Assembly: GCA_040901675.1 (NCBI GenBank)
Contig: JBBDYJ010000025.1
Coordinates: 255,943 to 319,942, forward strand
Source of the DNA: Pirellulales bacterium
Lineage (GTDB): Bacteria; Planctomycetota; Planctomycetia; Pirellulales; JAICIG01
Length of the DNA: 64,000 nt
Reading direction: 5' to 3'
The notes under the pieces were generated by a model. That model searched no databases, was not told where the DNA came from, and saw only the letters and a list, made by a program, of their open reading frames with translations. How positions within the stretch are numbered: position 1 is the first letter of the stretch; every line of letters starts with the position of its first letter. Of this stretch, positions 49,562-59,339 are shown piece by piece. Both the position numbers and the translations under genes were made by a program.

Positions 49562-52500
49562 TCCATTTCTGTTGGAGCGGTTGCAAACGGGGGCTGCTAG
49601 CCGTACTGCTGGCCGCCTCGGTGGGAGTGTTGTATTTCCACAACCGCATGGACGAGGAGATTCGACGCGCGGTCGAGGAGCGGATTGCCGAGCAGTACCC
49701 GGACCTGGCGGTGAGCGTGCGGGGGGCCCAGTGGGTCAAGGGCGAAGGGATCGAGGTCCGCGGGCTGTTGATCGTCGAGCCCGGCGCCAGCGGGCCGGCA
49801 GCCCAACTGGCATACCTGGAAGAGTTATTCCTGTTCAGCGACGTCCAGTGGCAAGACCTGATCCGAGGCGAGCTGGTCATCTCGCACTTCGCCATTCGCC
49901 GGCCGCTGGTCCGGATGACCCGCCGGCCCGACGGCACGTGGAGCGCTGCCAAACTGCTGCCGCTGCCGAAGCTGAGCAAGGACGCGCCGCAAGGCACTAT
50001 TGAAGGCGCCGTTTTCGAAATATCCGACCCGTCGAGAGAACCGGCCGCCACGCTGACGCTGCGGGAGATCGACCTCGAGTTCGGGCCGGCCGCCAACGAG
50101 CAACCAGGCCCCGACGGGCGCCGACCGCTGCGGGTCAAGGGCACGATGCTGGGCGACCATCTGAAGCGGATCGACCTGGACGCGATCTTCCATCCCAGCG
50201 GAGCTTCGTTCGACGCGGCGGGCAAAGTCGAGGCCCTGGACTTTTCGCAGGAGCTGGTCAAGTCGCTCCCCGCCGAGGCGGCGAGCTGTCTGGCCGAATT
50301 GAGCGCGCTTCGCGGCCAGGTGCAGGCAAGCTTCCGAGTCCGGCGCGATCCGGCGGCGAACCCGGCACTCACTTACGAGGTGCAGGGGGAACTTTTCCGG
50401 GGCCGCATCGATGACAAGCGGCTCCCCTATCCTCTCACGGACGTCCGCGCGTCGTTCCGCTGCGACCAACTCGGTTTTGCCGTCCAGGAGCTGACGGCCC
50501 GCAGCGGGCCGACGACATTCCGCCTGGAGCTGGCACACACGGGCTACGGCAAGCAAGGAGGGCTGAAGTTGAAGGCGGAGAGCCGCCAGATGCCGCTCGA
50601 CGAGAACCTGTTGGCGGTGCTGCCGCTATCGTGGCAGAACCAGTGGAACCGATTTCGGCCGGCCGGATGGATCAACGTCGAGCTGCTGGAGCTGGACTTC
50701 GACGGCCAGAACTGGCGGCCGCACCTGGTCGTGAAATGCCTGGACGTGGGTTTCACCTACCATCAATTCCCCTACCGGCTGGAACATGCCAAGGGCGAGC
50801 TGACATTCAAGGACAATCGGCTCACGATCGACCTGAAGGCGTATAGCCAGGGGAAGGACTATCGGCAGGGGGACGAGGTGCGGCTGAAGGCTACCCTGGT
50901 CAACCCGGGTCCGGCTGCGCTGGTGGACCTGGAGGTCTGGGCGGACCGCATCCAGCTCGACGACAAGTTGTTCGATGCCTTGGGCGATGGGCCGCGCCGC
51001 TTCGTGCGCTCGCTGGCCCCCGAAGGCACGGCCAGAGTGCATTTCAGGTGCTTCAGCGCTGAGACGGCTCCAGGCGTATTGCACAAGGACCTGAGCATGG
51101 TGCTCAATCACTGCAAGCTGCGGTACGCCAACTTTCCCTATCCGCTGGAGAACATTCGCGGCAACATTACGATGCTGGATGGCGTCTGGAACTTCAGGGA
51201 GCTGGAAGGCACAAACGATACGGGGCGGATTACGTGCTCGGGGCACCTGGCGCCCATGGGCAAAGCTTTCCGGTACTCGTTCGCCTTCCACGGCGACAAC
51301 GTGCCGCTGGATCAGGAGCTGCGCCAAGCGCTCAGCCCGGGCGCTGCGCGCCTCTGGCAGGACCTGAAGCCGCGCGGAGCGATCCAACTCGATGCCATCG
51401 TCAGCTACGAACCGGGCGATCTCAAGCCGCGCGTCTGGGTCCAGGCGCGCCCGCTGGAAGGCCCCTCGTATCCTTCCGCTTCGATCGAGCCCAGCTATTT
51501 CCCCTATCGCCTGGAAAAACTGCAAGGAAAGTTCACCTACTGCGACGGCCGCGTCGAGCTGGAAAACTTCCGAGCCGAGCATGGCGCCACCCGCCTGGCC
51601 GCCCATGGCAACTGCCAACTCAGTAGCGACGGCACCTGGCGGTTGAAGCTCAATCCCATGTCGGTCGACCGGCTGCGGGCCGACCGCGATCTGGTCCAGG
51701 CGCTGAGCGGCCGCTTGAAGAAGGCAGTGATGGACTTGCGGCCCACCGGCGGCCCGATCAACCTGCGCGGCACGCTGGAGCTGGCCAGCGGAGGCAGCCC
51801 CGGCAGCCCGATCACGGCCGCCTGGGACCTGGACCTGCACCTCCAGCAGTGCCATCTCGATTGCGGCGTCGAGCTGGCGCATCTCAACGGCCGGATCCAC
51901 CTGGCCGGGGCGTTCGACGGCCTGCAGTACCACGCCTACGGCGGGTTGAAGATCGACTCGGTGATCTACAAGGGTTTTCAATTCACCGAGGTGATGGGCC
52001 CGATCTGGCTGGACGACAAGCAGGTTCTGCTGGGTCTGTGGGCGGATCGGCAGCGAGGCGTCAAACCACAGCACCACGTGACGGGTCATTTGTACGGAGG
52101 CCGGCTGGTGGGCGACCTATGGGTGGAGACCGGCCTCAGCCCGCGCTACGCGCTGCAAGCCACGCTCACGGAAGCGGACCTGGGGAGGTGGGCGCGCGAA
52201 AGCGCGGCGGGGCCCCAGCAGCTCAGCGGGCAGGTGTGGGCCACGCTCAATCTGCGCGGCAAGGGGCAGGGCGCGCATAACCTGGGCGGCAACGGCAGCG
52301 TCCAACTCCGCAATGCCGACTTGTACGAGCTGCCGGTGATGCTGGCACTGTTGAAGACGTTGAGCGGGCGGCCCCCCGACACGACCGCCTTCACCACCAG
52401 CGACGTCGATTTCGTCGTTGAAGGCGAACACGTGTACCTGAAGCGGATCGACTGCAACGGCGATGCGATCAGCCTGCGAGGAACGGGCGAGATGGGGCTC

Positions 52501-52764
52501 GACCGCGGCATCAACATGACTTTCTACACCATTGTCGGCCGGGGCGGACTGCGGATCCCGCTGGTCGACCAGCTCGGCGGTTTTGCCAGCCAGCAGATCC
52601 TCCGCATCCACGTGGGCGGAACGCTCGACAACCCCCAGACGCGCCGCGAAGTGCTTCCCGTCGTCGCACAGACGCTGCAACAGCTTCAGCTTCCACCACC
52701 CGCCGAGCCGGCGGCCGGCGGCCTGTCGCCGCGCCGCGGCCCGGCGCCGCCCCGGAGGTACTAA
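49558..52764 (+). CDS. Large AsmA-like beta-rich envelope protein
   Basis: GTG at 49558 overlaps the upstream stop. N-terminal TM, repeated FPY(R/P)LE units, C-terminal AISLRGTG..IHVGGTLDNP. Confidence 0.8.
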   Translation: MIHFCWSGCKRGLLAVLLAASVGVLYFHNRMDEEIRRAVEERIAEQYPDLAVSVRGAQWVKGEGIEVRGLLIVEPGASGPAAQLAYLEELFLFSDVQWQDLIRGELVISHFAIRRPLVRMTRRPDGTWSAAKLLPLPKLSKDAPQGTIEGAVFEISDPSREPAATLTLREIDLEFGPAANEQPGPDGRRPLRVKGTMLGDHLKRIDLDAIFHPSGASFDAAGKVEALDFSQELVKSLPAEAASCLAELSALRGQVQASFRVRRDPAANPALTYEVQGELFRGRIDDKRLPYPLTDVRASFRCDQLGFAVQELTARSGPTTFRLELAHTGYGKQGGLKLKAESRQMPLDENLLAVLPLSWQNQWNRFRPAGWINVELLELDFDGQNWRPHLVVKCLDVGFTYHQFPYRLEHAKGELTFKDNRLTIDLKAYSQGKDYRQGDEVRLKATLVNPGPAALVDLEVWADRIQLDDKLFDALGDGPRRFVRSLAPEGTARVHFRCFSAETAPGVLHKDLSMVLNHCKLRYANFPYPLENIRGNITMLDGVWNFRELEGTNDTGRITCSGHLAPMGKAFRYSFAFHGDNVPLDQELRQALSPGAARLWQDLKPRGAIQLDAIVSYEPGDLKPRVWVQARPLEGPSYPSASIEPSYFPYRLEKLQGKFTYCDGRVELENFRAEHGATRLAAHGNCQLSSDGTWRLKLNPMSVDRLRADRDLVQALSGRLKKAVMDLRPTGGPINLRGTLELASGGSPGSPITAAWDLDLHLQQCHLDCGVELAHLNGRIHLAGAFDGLQYHAYGGLKIDSVIYKGFQFTEVMGPIWLDDKQVLLGLWADRQRGVKPQHHVTGHLYGGRLVGDLWVETGLSPRYALQATLTEADLGRWARESAAGPQQLSGQVWATLNLRGKGQGAHNLGGNGSVQLRNADLYELPVMLALLKTLSGRPPDTTAFTTSDVDFVVEGEHVYLKRIDCNGDAISLRGTGEMGLDRGINMTFYTIVGRGGLRIPLVDQLGGFASQQILRIHVGGTLDNPQTRREVLPVVAQTLQQLQLPPPAEPAAGGLSPRRGPAPPRRY

Positions 52765-52799
52765 GGTTTGATTGGGCAAGTCTTCTTGAGAGGTGGGCG

Positions 52800-53120
52800 A
52801 TGAGCATCGCTTCGACGTCGGGAGTGGGCGGCGCGGCCGGCTCGCCTTTGGCCCATGGCAAGGGCTCGGAGCTCCAGCGGTCGCAGCACGAGACCGCCGC
52901 CCAGCAGCGCCAGGTCCAATCGCAGTTGAAGGCCGAGGCCGCCGCCGGTATCGGCGCCACCGACGGCGAGGACCACCAGGTGACCGATCGCGATGCCGAC
53001 GGCCGCCGTTCGTGGGAGCCGCCGCCCGCGCCGAGCGACACGCACGAAGCGGCCAGACCAACCCCACGGCCCCAGCCCCCCAGCGGCCCCAGCGGCAATC
53101 AATTGGACCTCACCGCCTGA
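52800..53120 (+). CDS. Hypothetical protein
   Basis: GAGGTGG RBS. DRDADGRR.WE motif and C-terminal GNQLDLTA. Confidence 0.7.
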   Translation: MSIASTSGVGGAAGSPLAHGKGSELQRSQHETAAQQRQVQSQLKAEAAAGIGATDGEDHQVTDRDADGRRSWEPPPAPSDTHEAARPTPRPQPPSGPSGNQLDLTA

Positions 53121-53265
53121 AGGCAAAAGGAGGAAGGCAGAAGGAGGTCGGAAGGTCAGAAGTCAGAAATCGGCGGGTGGCTGGCGGCAAAGCGCTAGCG
53201 TGCCCCAGTCTTCGTCCCTTTCCCCTCATCGCCTCATCGGCCTTTCGCCCCTTCCTCTTCCCCCC
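53119..53265. repeat. Family A REP (53175-53208) flanked by purine-rich and pyrimidine-rich short tandem units
   Basis: Read directly from the sequence. Confidence 0.78.
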
Positions 53266-53353
53266 GGTTCCCGGTTTGCCCCGCTCAGCCAAAACGTCTA
53301 AAATCTTCTACTCACGAGCAGTTCCGGCCGGATAAAAGATGGGAGCAGTTGCC

Positions 53354-54232
53354 ATGCAGTTCACAAAAATGCAGGGAGCCGGCAACGACTATATTTACCT
53401 CGATTGCTTTCGCGAGGCACTCTCCGAGCCGCCCGCGGAGCTGGCCAGGCGGATCGCCGATCGGCACTTTGGAGTGGGCGCCGACGGACTGATCCTGATC
53501 GCCCCCTCGGAGGTGGCCGACGCGCGGATGCGGATGTTCAACGCCGACGGCTCGGAGGCCGAGATGTGCGGCAATGGAGTCCGCTGCCTGGCCAAGTACA
53601 TCCACGATCACGGCTTGAGCGACAAGGAAACGCTCAAAATCGAAACCGGCGCCGGCGTATTGTCGCTCGACCTGGAAGTCGTCGACGGCCTGGTCGAGCG
53701 CGTCCGCGTCGACATGGGCGAGCCAATCCTCGAAGCATCCCGGATCCCCACCACGCTGCCGGGAAATCCCGTGGTCGATGCCCGCCTGGAGGTCGACGGC
53801 CGCGAGCTGGCACTTACCTGCGTTTCCATGGGCAACCCGCACGCGGTCGCCTACCTGGACGAGCTGTCCGACGAGTGGGTGCTGGGAGTTGGCCCCAAGC
53901 TGGAGGCGCACCGCGCTTTTCCCCGGCGGGTGAATGCCGAGTTCGTCCACGTCGTCTCGCCCGATGAAGTGCACGTCCGCGTCTGGGAGCGCGGCAGCGG
54001 CGAGACGCTCGCCTGCGGCACCGGCGCTTGTGCCGTCTGCGTGGCCGGCGTGCTCTCCCGACGCACCGGCCGCAAGCTGCTGGCGCACCTGCCCGGCGGA
54101 GACCTCCAACTGGAGTGGGCCGAGAACAATCACGTTTACCTGACCGGGCCGGCCGTCGAGGTCTTTTCCGGCGATTGGCCCAGGCAGACCGCTGGCCGGC
54201 CGGCGCCGTCCATTCATTCCGCGGCCCGCTGA
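53354..54232 (+). CDS. dapF: Diaminopimelate epimerase
   Basis: [49 protein letters not shown]. Confidence 0.96.
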   Translation: MQFTKMQGAGNDYIYLDCFREALSEPPAELARRIADRHFGVGADGLILIAPSEVADARMRMFNADGSEAEMCGNGVRCLAKYIHDHGLSDKETLKIETGAGVLSLDLEVVDGLVERVRVDMGEPILEASRIPTTLPGNPVVDARLEVDGRELALTCVSMGNPHAVAYLDELSDEWVLGVGPKLEAHRAFPRRVNAEFVHVVSPDEVHVRVWERGSGETLACGTGACAVCVAGVLSRRTGRKLLAHLPGGDLQLEWAENNHVYLTGPAVEVFSGDWPRQTAGRPAPSIHSAAR

Positions 54233-54277
54233 CAACACGCCGGCGATGGTCCGCTAAGAAAGGCAAGGAAGCCTGTC

Positions 54278-55120
54278 ATGAAACTTCGCAGCCCCACGTT
54301 AGTCAAAGCCGGCGGCCTGTTGGGCGCCGCCGCGATTCGGGCCTGGATGTCGACGCTCGACTACCGGGTGGCATACTACGATCCGGCCGTCGACCCGGTG
54401 CACTCCGACTACGCGGGCCCGAAGATCTACATCTTCTGGCACGAGTACATCCTGTTTCCGATTTTCCTCCGCGGTCACTGTAACCTGGCGATGCTCTTGA
54501 GCCGCCACGCCGACGCCGAAATGCTCGCGCGGGCCGCCTATCACCTCGGCTTCGACTGCGTGCGCGGATCCACCGCCCGGGGCGGCGCCACCGCCCTGCG
54601 AAAGCTCTTGGAAGCGAGCCGCGGCATGAACCTGACCATAACGCCCGATGGCCCTCGCGGCCCGCGGCGCCAGTTGGCGGCCGGCAGCATCTGGCTGGCG
54701 AGCAAGCTGGGCCTGCCGCTGGTGCTCTTGGGCCTGGGCTACGATCGTCCCTGGCGGTTCGGCAGTTGGGACCGCTTTGCCGTGCCGCGCCTGTTTTCTC
54801 GTGCCCGTGCCGTGGTCAGCCCTCCCGTCCTGCTGCCAGGGAACCTGGACCGCGGAGGTCTGGAGCATTACCGTGGCGAGGTCGAGCGCCTGCTGAACCG
54901 CTTGACGTTCGAAGCCGAGGCCTGGGCCGAATCGGGCAGCCGCAAGCTGGCCGAGCAACCGTTGCGGCGTGAGCACCCCCGCCGCCCCTTGCGGACCGAC
55001 GCGCTGCACCATCTCGCCGGACCTCATGATCTACGAGCGCTGGGTTCAGTCGAGCGCGCGTCGGCCGGCATCGCAGGCGGTTCGAGCTTGAACGGCAGTG
55101 CTGCCATGGACAGCCAATAG
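54278..55120 (+). CDS. DUF374 lysophospholipid-acyltransferase-like protein
   Basis: FWHE, LSRHADAE, VRGST.RGG, ITPDGPRGP, SWDRFAVP. Confidence 0.85.
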   Translation: MKLRSPTLVKAGGLLGAAAIRAWMSTLDYRVAYYDPAVDPVHSDYAGPKIYIFWHEYILFPIFLRGHCNLAMLLSRHADAEMLARAAYHLGFDCVRGSTARGGATALRKLLEASRGMNLTITPDGPRGPRRQLAAGSIWLASKLGLPLVLLGLGYDRPWRFGSWDRFAVPRLFSRARAVVSPPVLLPGNLDRGGLEHYRGEVERLLNRLTFEAEAWAESGSRKLAEQPLRREHPRRPLRTDALHHLAGPHDLRALGSVERASAGIAGGSSLNGSAAMDSQ

Positions 55121-55135
55121 GTTGTCGCATTTTCC

Positions 55136-55253
55136 GCCCCGAAGGGGCCCAACATACCAGCCCAGGGCAGAGCGCAGCGGCGTCAGCCGCAAAGCGCCGC
55201 CCTGGGAACCGTGTCCATCCAGATCCGAAAAAAGCCCTGAAAGGGCGAAACAA
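55136..55253 (+). repeat. Long REP-like family B element
   Basis: Core shared with 44182-44298. Confidence 0.88.
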
Positions 55254-55454
55254 CGTGGCGTGCCCGTTCGTTGTGCCGCCCAAACCGACCCTCCCATGCC
55301 AGCCGCCCCACGGCCGCGCCATGGGACGGCGCCAGTTCGCCGTTCCCCTTTGCTCCGTGCGTCGGATAGGGCAAAATGCACCGGCGCATCGTGCGACTTC
55401 CAAACTTCCAAACTGGCTGTGAACGCGACCAGTAAGTAAAGCGTTGGATTGATA

Positions 55455-56708
55455 ATGAGCCTCTTTGCTGAACAAGAAGCCCGGCGGGTGCTGTCGGTGG
55501 CGGAATTGACGGCGCAGGTCAAGGATCTCCTGGAGACGAGCTTTCCCTCGGTGTGGGTCGGCGGCGAGATCTCGAACCTTTCGCGCCCCCAGTCGGGGCA
55601 CTGCTACCTCACGCTCAAGGACGACCGGGCGCAACTGCGGGCCGTGCTGTGGCGCACCGCGGCCGAGCGGCTGCGGTTCGACCTCCAGGACGGCCTGGAA
55701 GTGGTCTGCCAAGGGGACCTGGAGCTGTATGCCCCCCGCGGCACGTACCAGTTGGTCATCCGCCATATCGAGCCTCGCGGGATCGGCGAACTGGAGCTGG
55801 CGCTGCGGAAGCTCCGCGAGAAGCTGGCCGCCGAAGGGTTGTTCGACCCGGCGCGCAAACGGCCGCTGCCACGCTTCCCTCGCAGGATCGCCTTTGTCAC
55901 CAGTCCCAGCGGCGCCGCGATCCGCGACTTCCTCGAAGTGCTCCGACGGCGGTGGCGCGGCGCCGACGTGCTGATTGTGCCGGTCCGCGTGCAGGGCGCG
56001 GGGGCCGCAGCAGAAATCGCCGCGGGCATCCGGCTGGTACACCGCCTGGCCGACCCGGTCGACGTGCTGGTGGTCGGACGCGGCGGCGGCAGCCTGGAAG
56101 ACCTGTGGGCCTTCAACGAGGAAGTCGTGGTGCGGGCGATCCATGGCTCGCGCATCCCGGTGGTCTCGGCCGTGGGACATGAGATCGACGTCACGCTGGC
56201 CGACCTGGTGGCCGACGTGCGGGCGCTGACCCCCAGCGAAGCGGCCGAACGCGTGGTGCCGGCCTCCGACGACATTGCGGCCGCCTTGCGGTCGCACCAG
56301 CAGCGGCTGTTGTCGGCCCTCGGCCGGCGAGCCACCCTAATCCGGTCGCGCCTCGACTGGCTGGCGCAACGGCGGGCACTGGCCCGGCCGCTGCAGCGAA
56401 TCCGGGACCTCGAGCGGCGCCTGGACGAGCTTTCGAGCCGCTCCGCCAGGGCCGTGCGCAGGCGCTGGCAAGACGGCCGGCGGCGGGCCGACGCGGGTGC
56501 GGCCCGGCTCGAGTCGCTCAGCCCGCTGGCGGTTTTGGGCCGCGGCTACAGCCTGACCCACCGGCTGGCCGACGGCAGCCTGGTCCGGGATGCCAGCCAG
56601 TTGACGGCCGGCGAGCGGCTTGTAACCAGGTTCGACCGAGGGCGAGCCGTCAGCCGGGTGGAAGAGATAATGGAAGAGATAGAGCCTGACGGTATCGGAG
56701 AGACCTAA
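55455..56708 (+). CDS. xseA: Exodeoxyribonuclease VII large subunit
   Basis: VWVGGEISN..SGHCYLTLKD, GRGGGSLEDLWAFNEE, SAVGHEID, TPSEAAE, LSPLAVLGRGYS. Confidence 0.96.
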   Translation: MSLFAEQEARRVLSVAELTAQVKDLLETSFPSVWVGGEISNLSRPQSGHCYLTLKDDRAQLRAVLWRTAAERLRFDLQDGLEVVCQGDLELYAPRGTYQLVIRHIEPRGIGELELALRKLREKLAAEGLFDPARKRPLPRFPRRIAFVTSPSGAAIRDFLEVLRRRWRGADVLIVPVRVQGAGAAAEIAAGIRLVHRLADPVDVLVVGRGGGSLEDLWAFNEEVVVRAIHGSRIPVVSAVGHEIDVTLADLVADVRALTPSEAAERVVPASDDIAAALRSHQQRLLSALGRRATLIRSRLDWLAQRRALARPLQRIRDLERRLDELSSRSARAVRRRWQDGRRRADAGAARLESLSPLAVLGRGYSLTHRLADGSLVRDASQLTAGERLVTRFDRGRAVSRVEEIMEEIEPDGIGET

Positions 56709-56740
56709 TCTGGACTGGAACGTCCAGCTCCTGGATTCGA

Positions 56741-57124
56741 TCAGCGTTCGAGCAGATCCTGATCCTGGAGAATCCGGCGAGGCCTAAGAGGAAAGTGAGG
56801 CGACATCTGAGCCCCCGCCAGGATTTTTCCGAGCGTCTCGTTGGAGACCGGATTCTGGGGCTTGAGCTTCCGTTTCTTGACGAGCTTGTCCAGATCACGC
56901 TCCGATGCGACGCGCGCATCGCGATACCTGACAGACGTCTTGTGCCTCACCCAGGGATGATCTCCAGGATCCAGGATGCAGGAGTCGTCTTTTTCCGGGC
57001 TGTCGTGCGATGTCAGATTGACAATCACCACCTGCTCATCATCCTTGCCTGGATCGGAAATCACGACCCAGAGGTGCGGATCGATCTTGCTGTCTTCAAG
57101 CAAAAAGGCATCGCCGATTTCCAC
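56741..57124 (-). CDS. Putative toxin, PemK/MazF-like by pattern, partner of the Panacea antitoxin
   Basis: GTG start 4 bp after the upstream stop. GDAFL..PHLWVVIS..VVIVNLTS..DHPWVRHKTSV. Confidence 0.6.
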   Translation of the reverse strand: MEIGDAFLLEDSKIDPHLWVVISDPGKDDEQVVIVNLTSHDSPEKDDSCILDPGDHPWVRHKTSVRYRDARVASERDLDKLVKKRKLKPQNPVSNETLGKILAGAQMSPHFPLRPRRILQDQDLLER

Positions 57125-57128
57125 GGGA

Positions 57129-57680
57129 TTACCTGCCGAAGACCCGATCGAAGACGCTCATTTCCGTCGCATCTCGCAGAATGGCATCGATGTCGTCGGA
57201 TCGGCCAACGGCTGCAATCACGTCCTCGAGGGGAATCGTCCGCGAAGAACCTGCGGCAGGCTCGTTCTGGATGAACTCCGGAAACTCGTGAGTATGGCGG
57301 CCGACGGCCCATTCGTCGTCGTCCTCGAAGCGACGGCTGATCCGTTCGAGCAACTCGATCTCGTATCTGGAGAGTTCGCCGTTCCCCGGATCGCAAAGCA
57401 TCTCGATGTCGTAATGCTCGGTCCGGAAGTGGCTGTACCACTGAGGCGACTCGACGTCGCGCCCCTTGATCAAATCCAGGATCGTGCTATGCAACGGTCC
57501 CCGTTCCATCGCCACCATCCGCCCGCCAATGATCGGCCGGCCTGTCTCCTTGATGCTGTCTCGATCCGCGATATAGAGCAACTTAAGGAGGCGGTAATAG
57601 TTCATCCGCCTGGCGGGCGACAGCCGAAGCAGGGTGCCCACCACTTGAGCAGCTTTCTTGTAATGGAAAGGAAACACCAT
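57129..57680 (-). CDS. Panacea-domain (DUF4065/SocA) antitoxin
   Basis: KAAQ, LLKLLYIADR.SI..TGRPI, AMERGP, LSRYEIELL, THEFPE, TIPLEDV. GGGAGG RBS. Confidence 0.88.
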   Translation of the reverse strand: MVFPFHYKKAAQVVGTLLRLSPARRMNYYRLLKLLYIADRDSIKETGRPIIGGRMVAMERGPLHSTILDLIKGRDVESPQWYSHFRTEHYDIEMLCDPGNGELSRYEIELLERISRRFEDDDEWAVGRHTHEFPEFIQNEPAAGSSRTIPLEDVIAAVGRSDDIDAILRDATEMSVFDRVFGR

Positions 57681-57723
57681 GCGGCTTACCTCCCGCGCGA
57701 AATATGGGACTGGCCTGGATTGT

Positions 57724-57751
57724 ATTGTACATCGCCACGGTTTGTGTTCAA
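57724..57751 (-). promoter_or_regulatory. Putative sigma70 promoter of the Panacea operon
   Basis: Minus strand TTGAAC(57751-57746)-N16-TACAAT(57729-57724). Confidence 0.6.
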
Positions 57752-57787
57752 CTGTATAGTACGTGCCGCGTACGAGGACCTTTCAGG

Positions 57788-57852
57788 GTAGCAGGACTCG
57801 CCAGAGTTCTGGTGCATGGGATCGCGGGCCGAATTCTGGCGAATCCGGCTAC
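57788..57852. repeat. Inverted GTAG-type REP doublet
   Basis: gtagcaggactcgccagagttctg and inverted gaattctggcgaatccggctac, related to the 28837/28888/29838 copies. Confidence 0.72.
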
Positions 57853-57930
57853 CAAGGTGGCCCCACTTAAAGGACACCGCTGGGAGCGAGCCGCGGCTTA
57901 CTGCCTCTGACACGCCCGGGGATCACACGC

Positions 57931-58317
57931 TTGCCTAACGAGAACAAACCGCAACAGGCCCCCTGCCCGCCCAGCTTCGAGGAGGCGCTGGCCCGGCTGG
58001 AGGCGATCGTCGAGTTGCTCGAAGAGGGCGAGATCGGCCTGGCCGATGCACTGGCGCGGTACGAGGAAGGCGTTGCGCTGCTCAAGCAGTGCTACGGCCT
58101 GCTGGAGCACGCCGAGCGGCGGATCGAGCTGCTGAGCGGCGTCGATGCTCAGGGCAACCCCATCACGGCGCCATTCGACGATTCCGCATCACTGGATGCT
58201 GACCCAAAGGGCCCGTCGGCCACCCGGCGGAGGGCCGCCGCGGCCGGCCGGCCGAAGCCGCGGATCGAGCCGCCGGCCCCCCAGGCCGACATAGACGCGG
58301 ACCGGGGCCTGTTTTAG
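57931..58317 (+). CDS. xseB: Exodeoxyribonuclease VII small subunit
   Basis: SFEEALARLEAIVELLEEGEIGLADALARYEEGVALLKQC..LEHAERRI. Confidence 0.94.
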   Translation: MPNENKPQQAPCPPSFEEALARLEAIVELLEEGEIGLADALARYEEGVALLKQCYGLLEHAERRIELLSGVDAQGNPITAPFDDSASLDADPKGPSATRRRAAAAGRPKPRIEPPAPQADIDADRGLF

Positions 58318-58406
58318 AATGGCTGAGGTCGCGGCGCCATGGCGGCGGATAGGGCCGGGTGCTGTCGGCGGGCAGAGCTATCCAATGGCCAAGGTCTTCG
58401 CCGGTG

Positions 58407-59339
58407 ATGGTACAAAGCCCGTCGTCCTCCCTCCAGCGGTACGCGACCGACGTGCGTCCGCGAATCGAGCAGGCATTGGAAGCCTACACCCGCTTCGGAC
58501 CCGGCTGCCCGCAGCCGCTGGCCGAGGCGATCCGCTACAGTTTGTTGGCTCCCGGCAAGCGTTTACGCCCGCTCTTGGTGTTAATGGCCGCCGAGGCCTG
58601 CGGTGGAACAATTGAGCCTTCGCTTCCCGCCGCGTGCGCCGTGGAGATGGTCCACGCCTATTCGCTGGTGCACGACGACCTGCCGGCCATGGACGACGAC
58701 GACCTGCGGCGGGGGCGGCCGACCAGCCACAAGGTGTTCGGCGAGGCAACCGCCATCCTGGCCGGCGATGCGCTGCTCAGCATGGCGTTCGAGGTGCTGG
58801 CCCGCGACACGCGGCCGGCGGAAGTGGCGGCGGCCTGCTGCGCTGCCTTGGCCCAAGCGGCCGGCCCGGCGGCCCTGGTTGGTGGACAGGCCGACGACCT
58901 GGCGGCAGGGGCCGGCAATGCTGCGGCGATGCCGGAAGATAGAGAGGATGTAACGGAGCGGCTGGCGGTGCTCGAATCGATTCATCAGCGTAAGACCGGG
59001 GCGATGTTCCTGGTGTCGTTGAAGTTGGGGGCCTTGACGGCGGGGGGCGACTCGCGGCAGATCAAAGCGCTGGACGAGTATGGCCGGCGGTTGGGGCTGG
59101 CCTTCCAGATCATGGACGACCTGCTGGATGTGAACGGAGACGAGACGGCGATGGGCAAACGCGTTGGCAAGGATGCGGATCGGGGAAAGCTGACTTTTCC
59201 TGCTTTGCTGGGGGCCGGCGAAAGCCGCGCACGGGCCGGGCGGCTGGTCGCCGAGGCCTGCGACGCGCTGGCGCCGCTGGGCCCGCCAGCCGAGGGACTG
59301 GCCATGCTGGCCCGATACGTGGTGGAAAGGGACCGTTGA
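58407..59339 (+). CDS. ispA: Farnesyl/geranylgeranyl diphosphate synthase
   Basis: PGKRLRP, SLVHDDLPAMDDDDLRRGRPT, KTG, FQIMDDLLD. Confidence 0.93.
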   Translation: MVQSPSSSLQRYATDVRPRIEQALEAYTRFGPGCPQPLAEAIRYSLLAPGKRLRPLLVLMAAEACGGTIEPSLPAACAVEMVHAYSLVHDDLPAMDDDDLRRGRPTSHKVFGEATAILAGDALLSMAFEVLARDTRPAEVAAACCAALAQAAGPAALVGGQADDLAAGAGNAAAMPEDREDVTERLAVLESIHQRKTGAMFLVSLKLGALTAGGDSRQIKALDEYGRRLGLAFQIMDDLLDVNGDETAMGKRVGKDADRGKLTFPALLGAGESRARAGRLVAEACDALAPLGPPAEGLAMLARYVVERDR

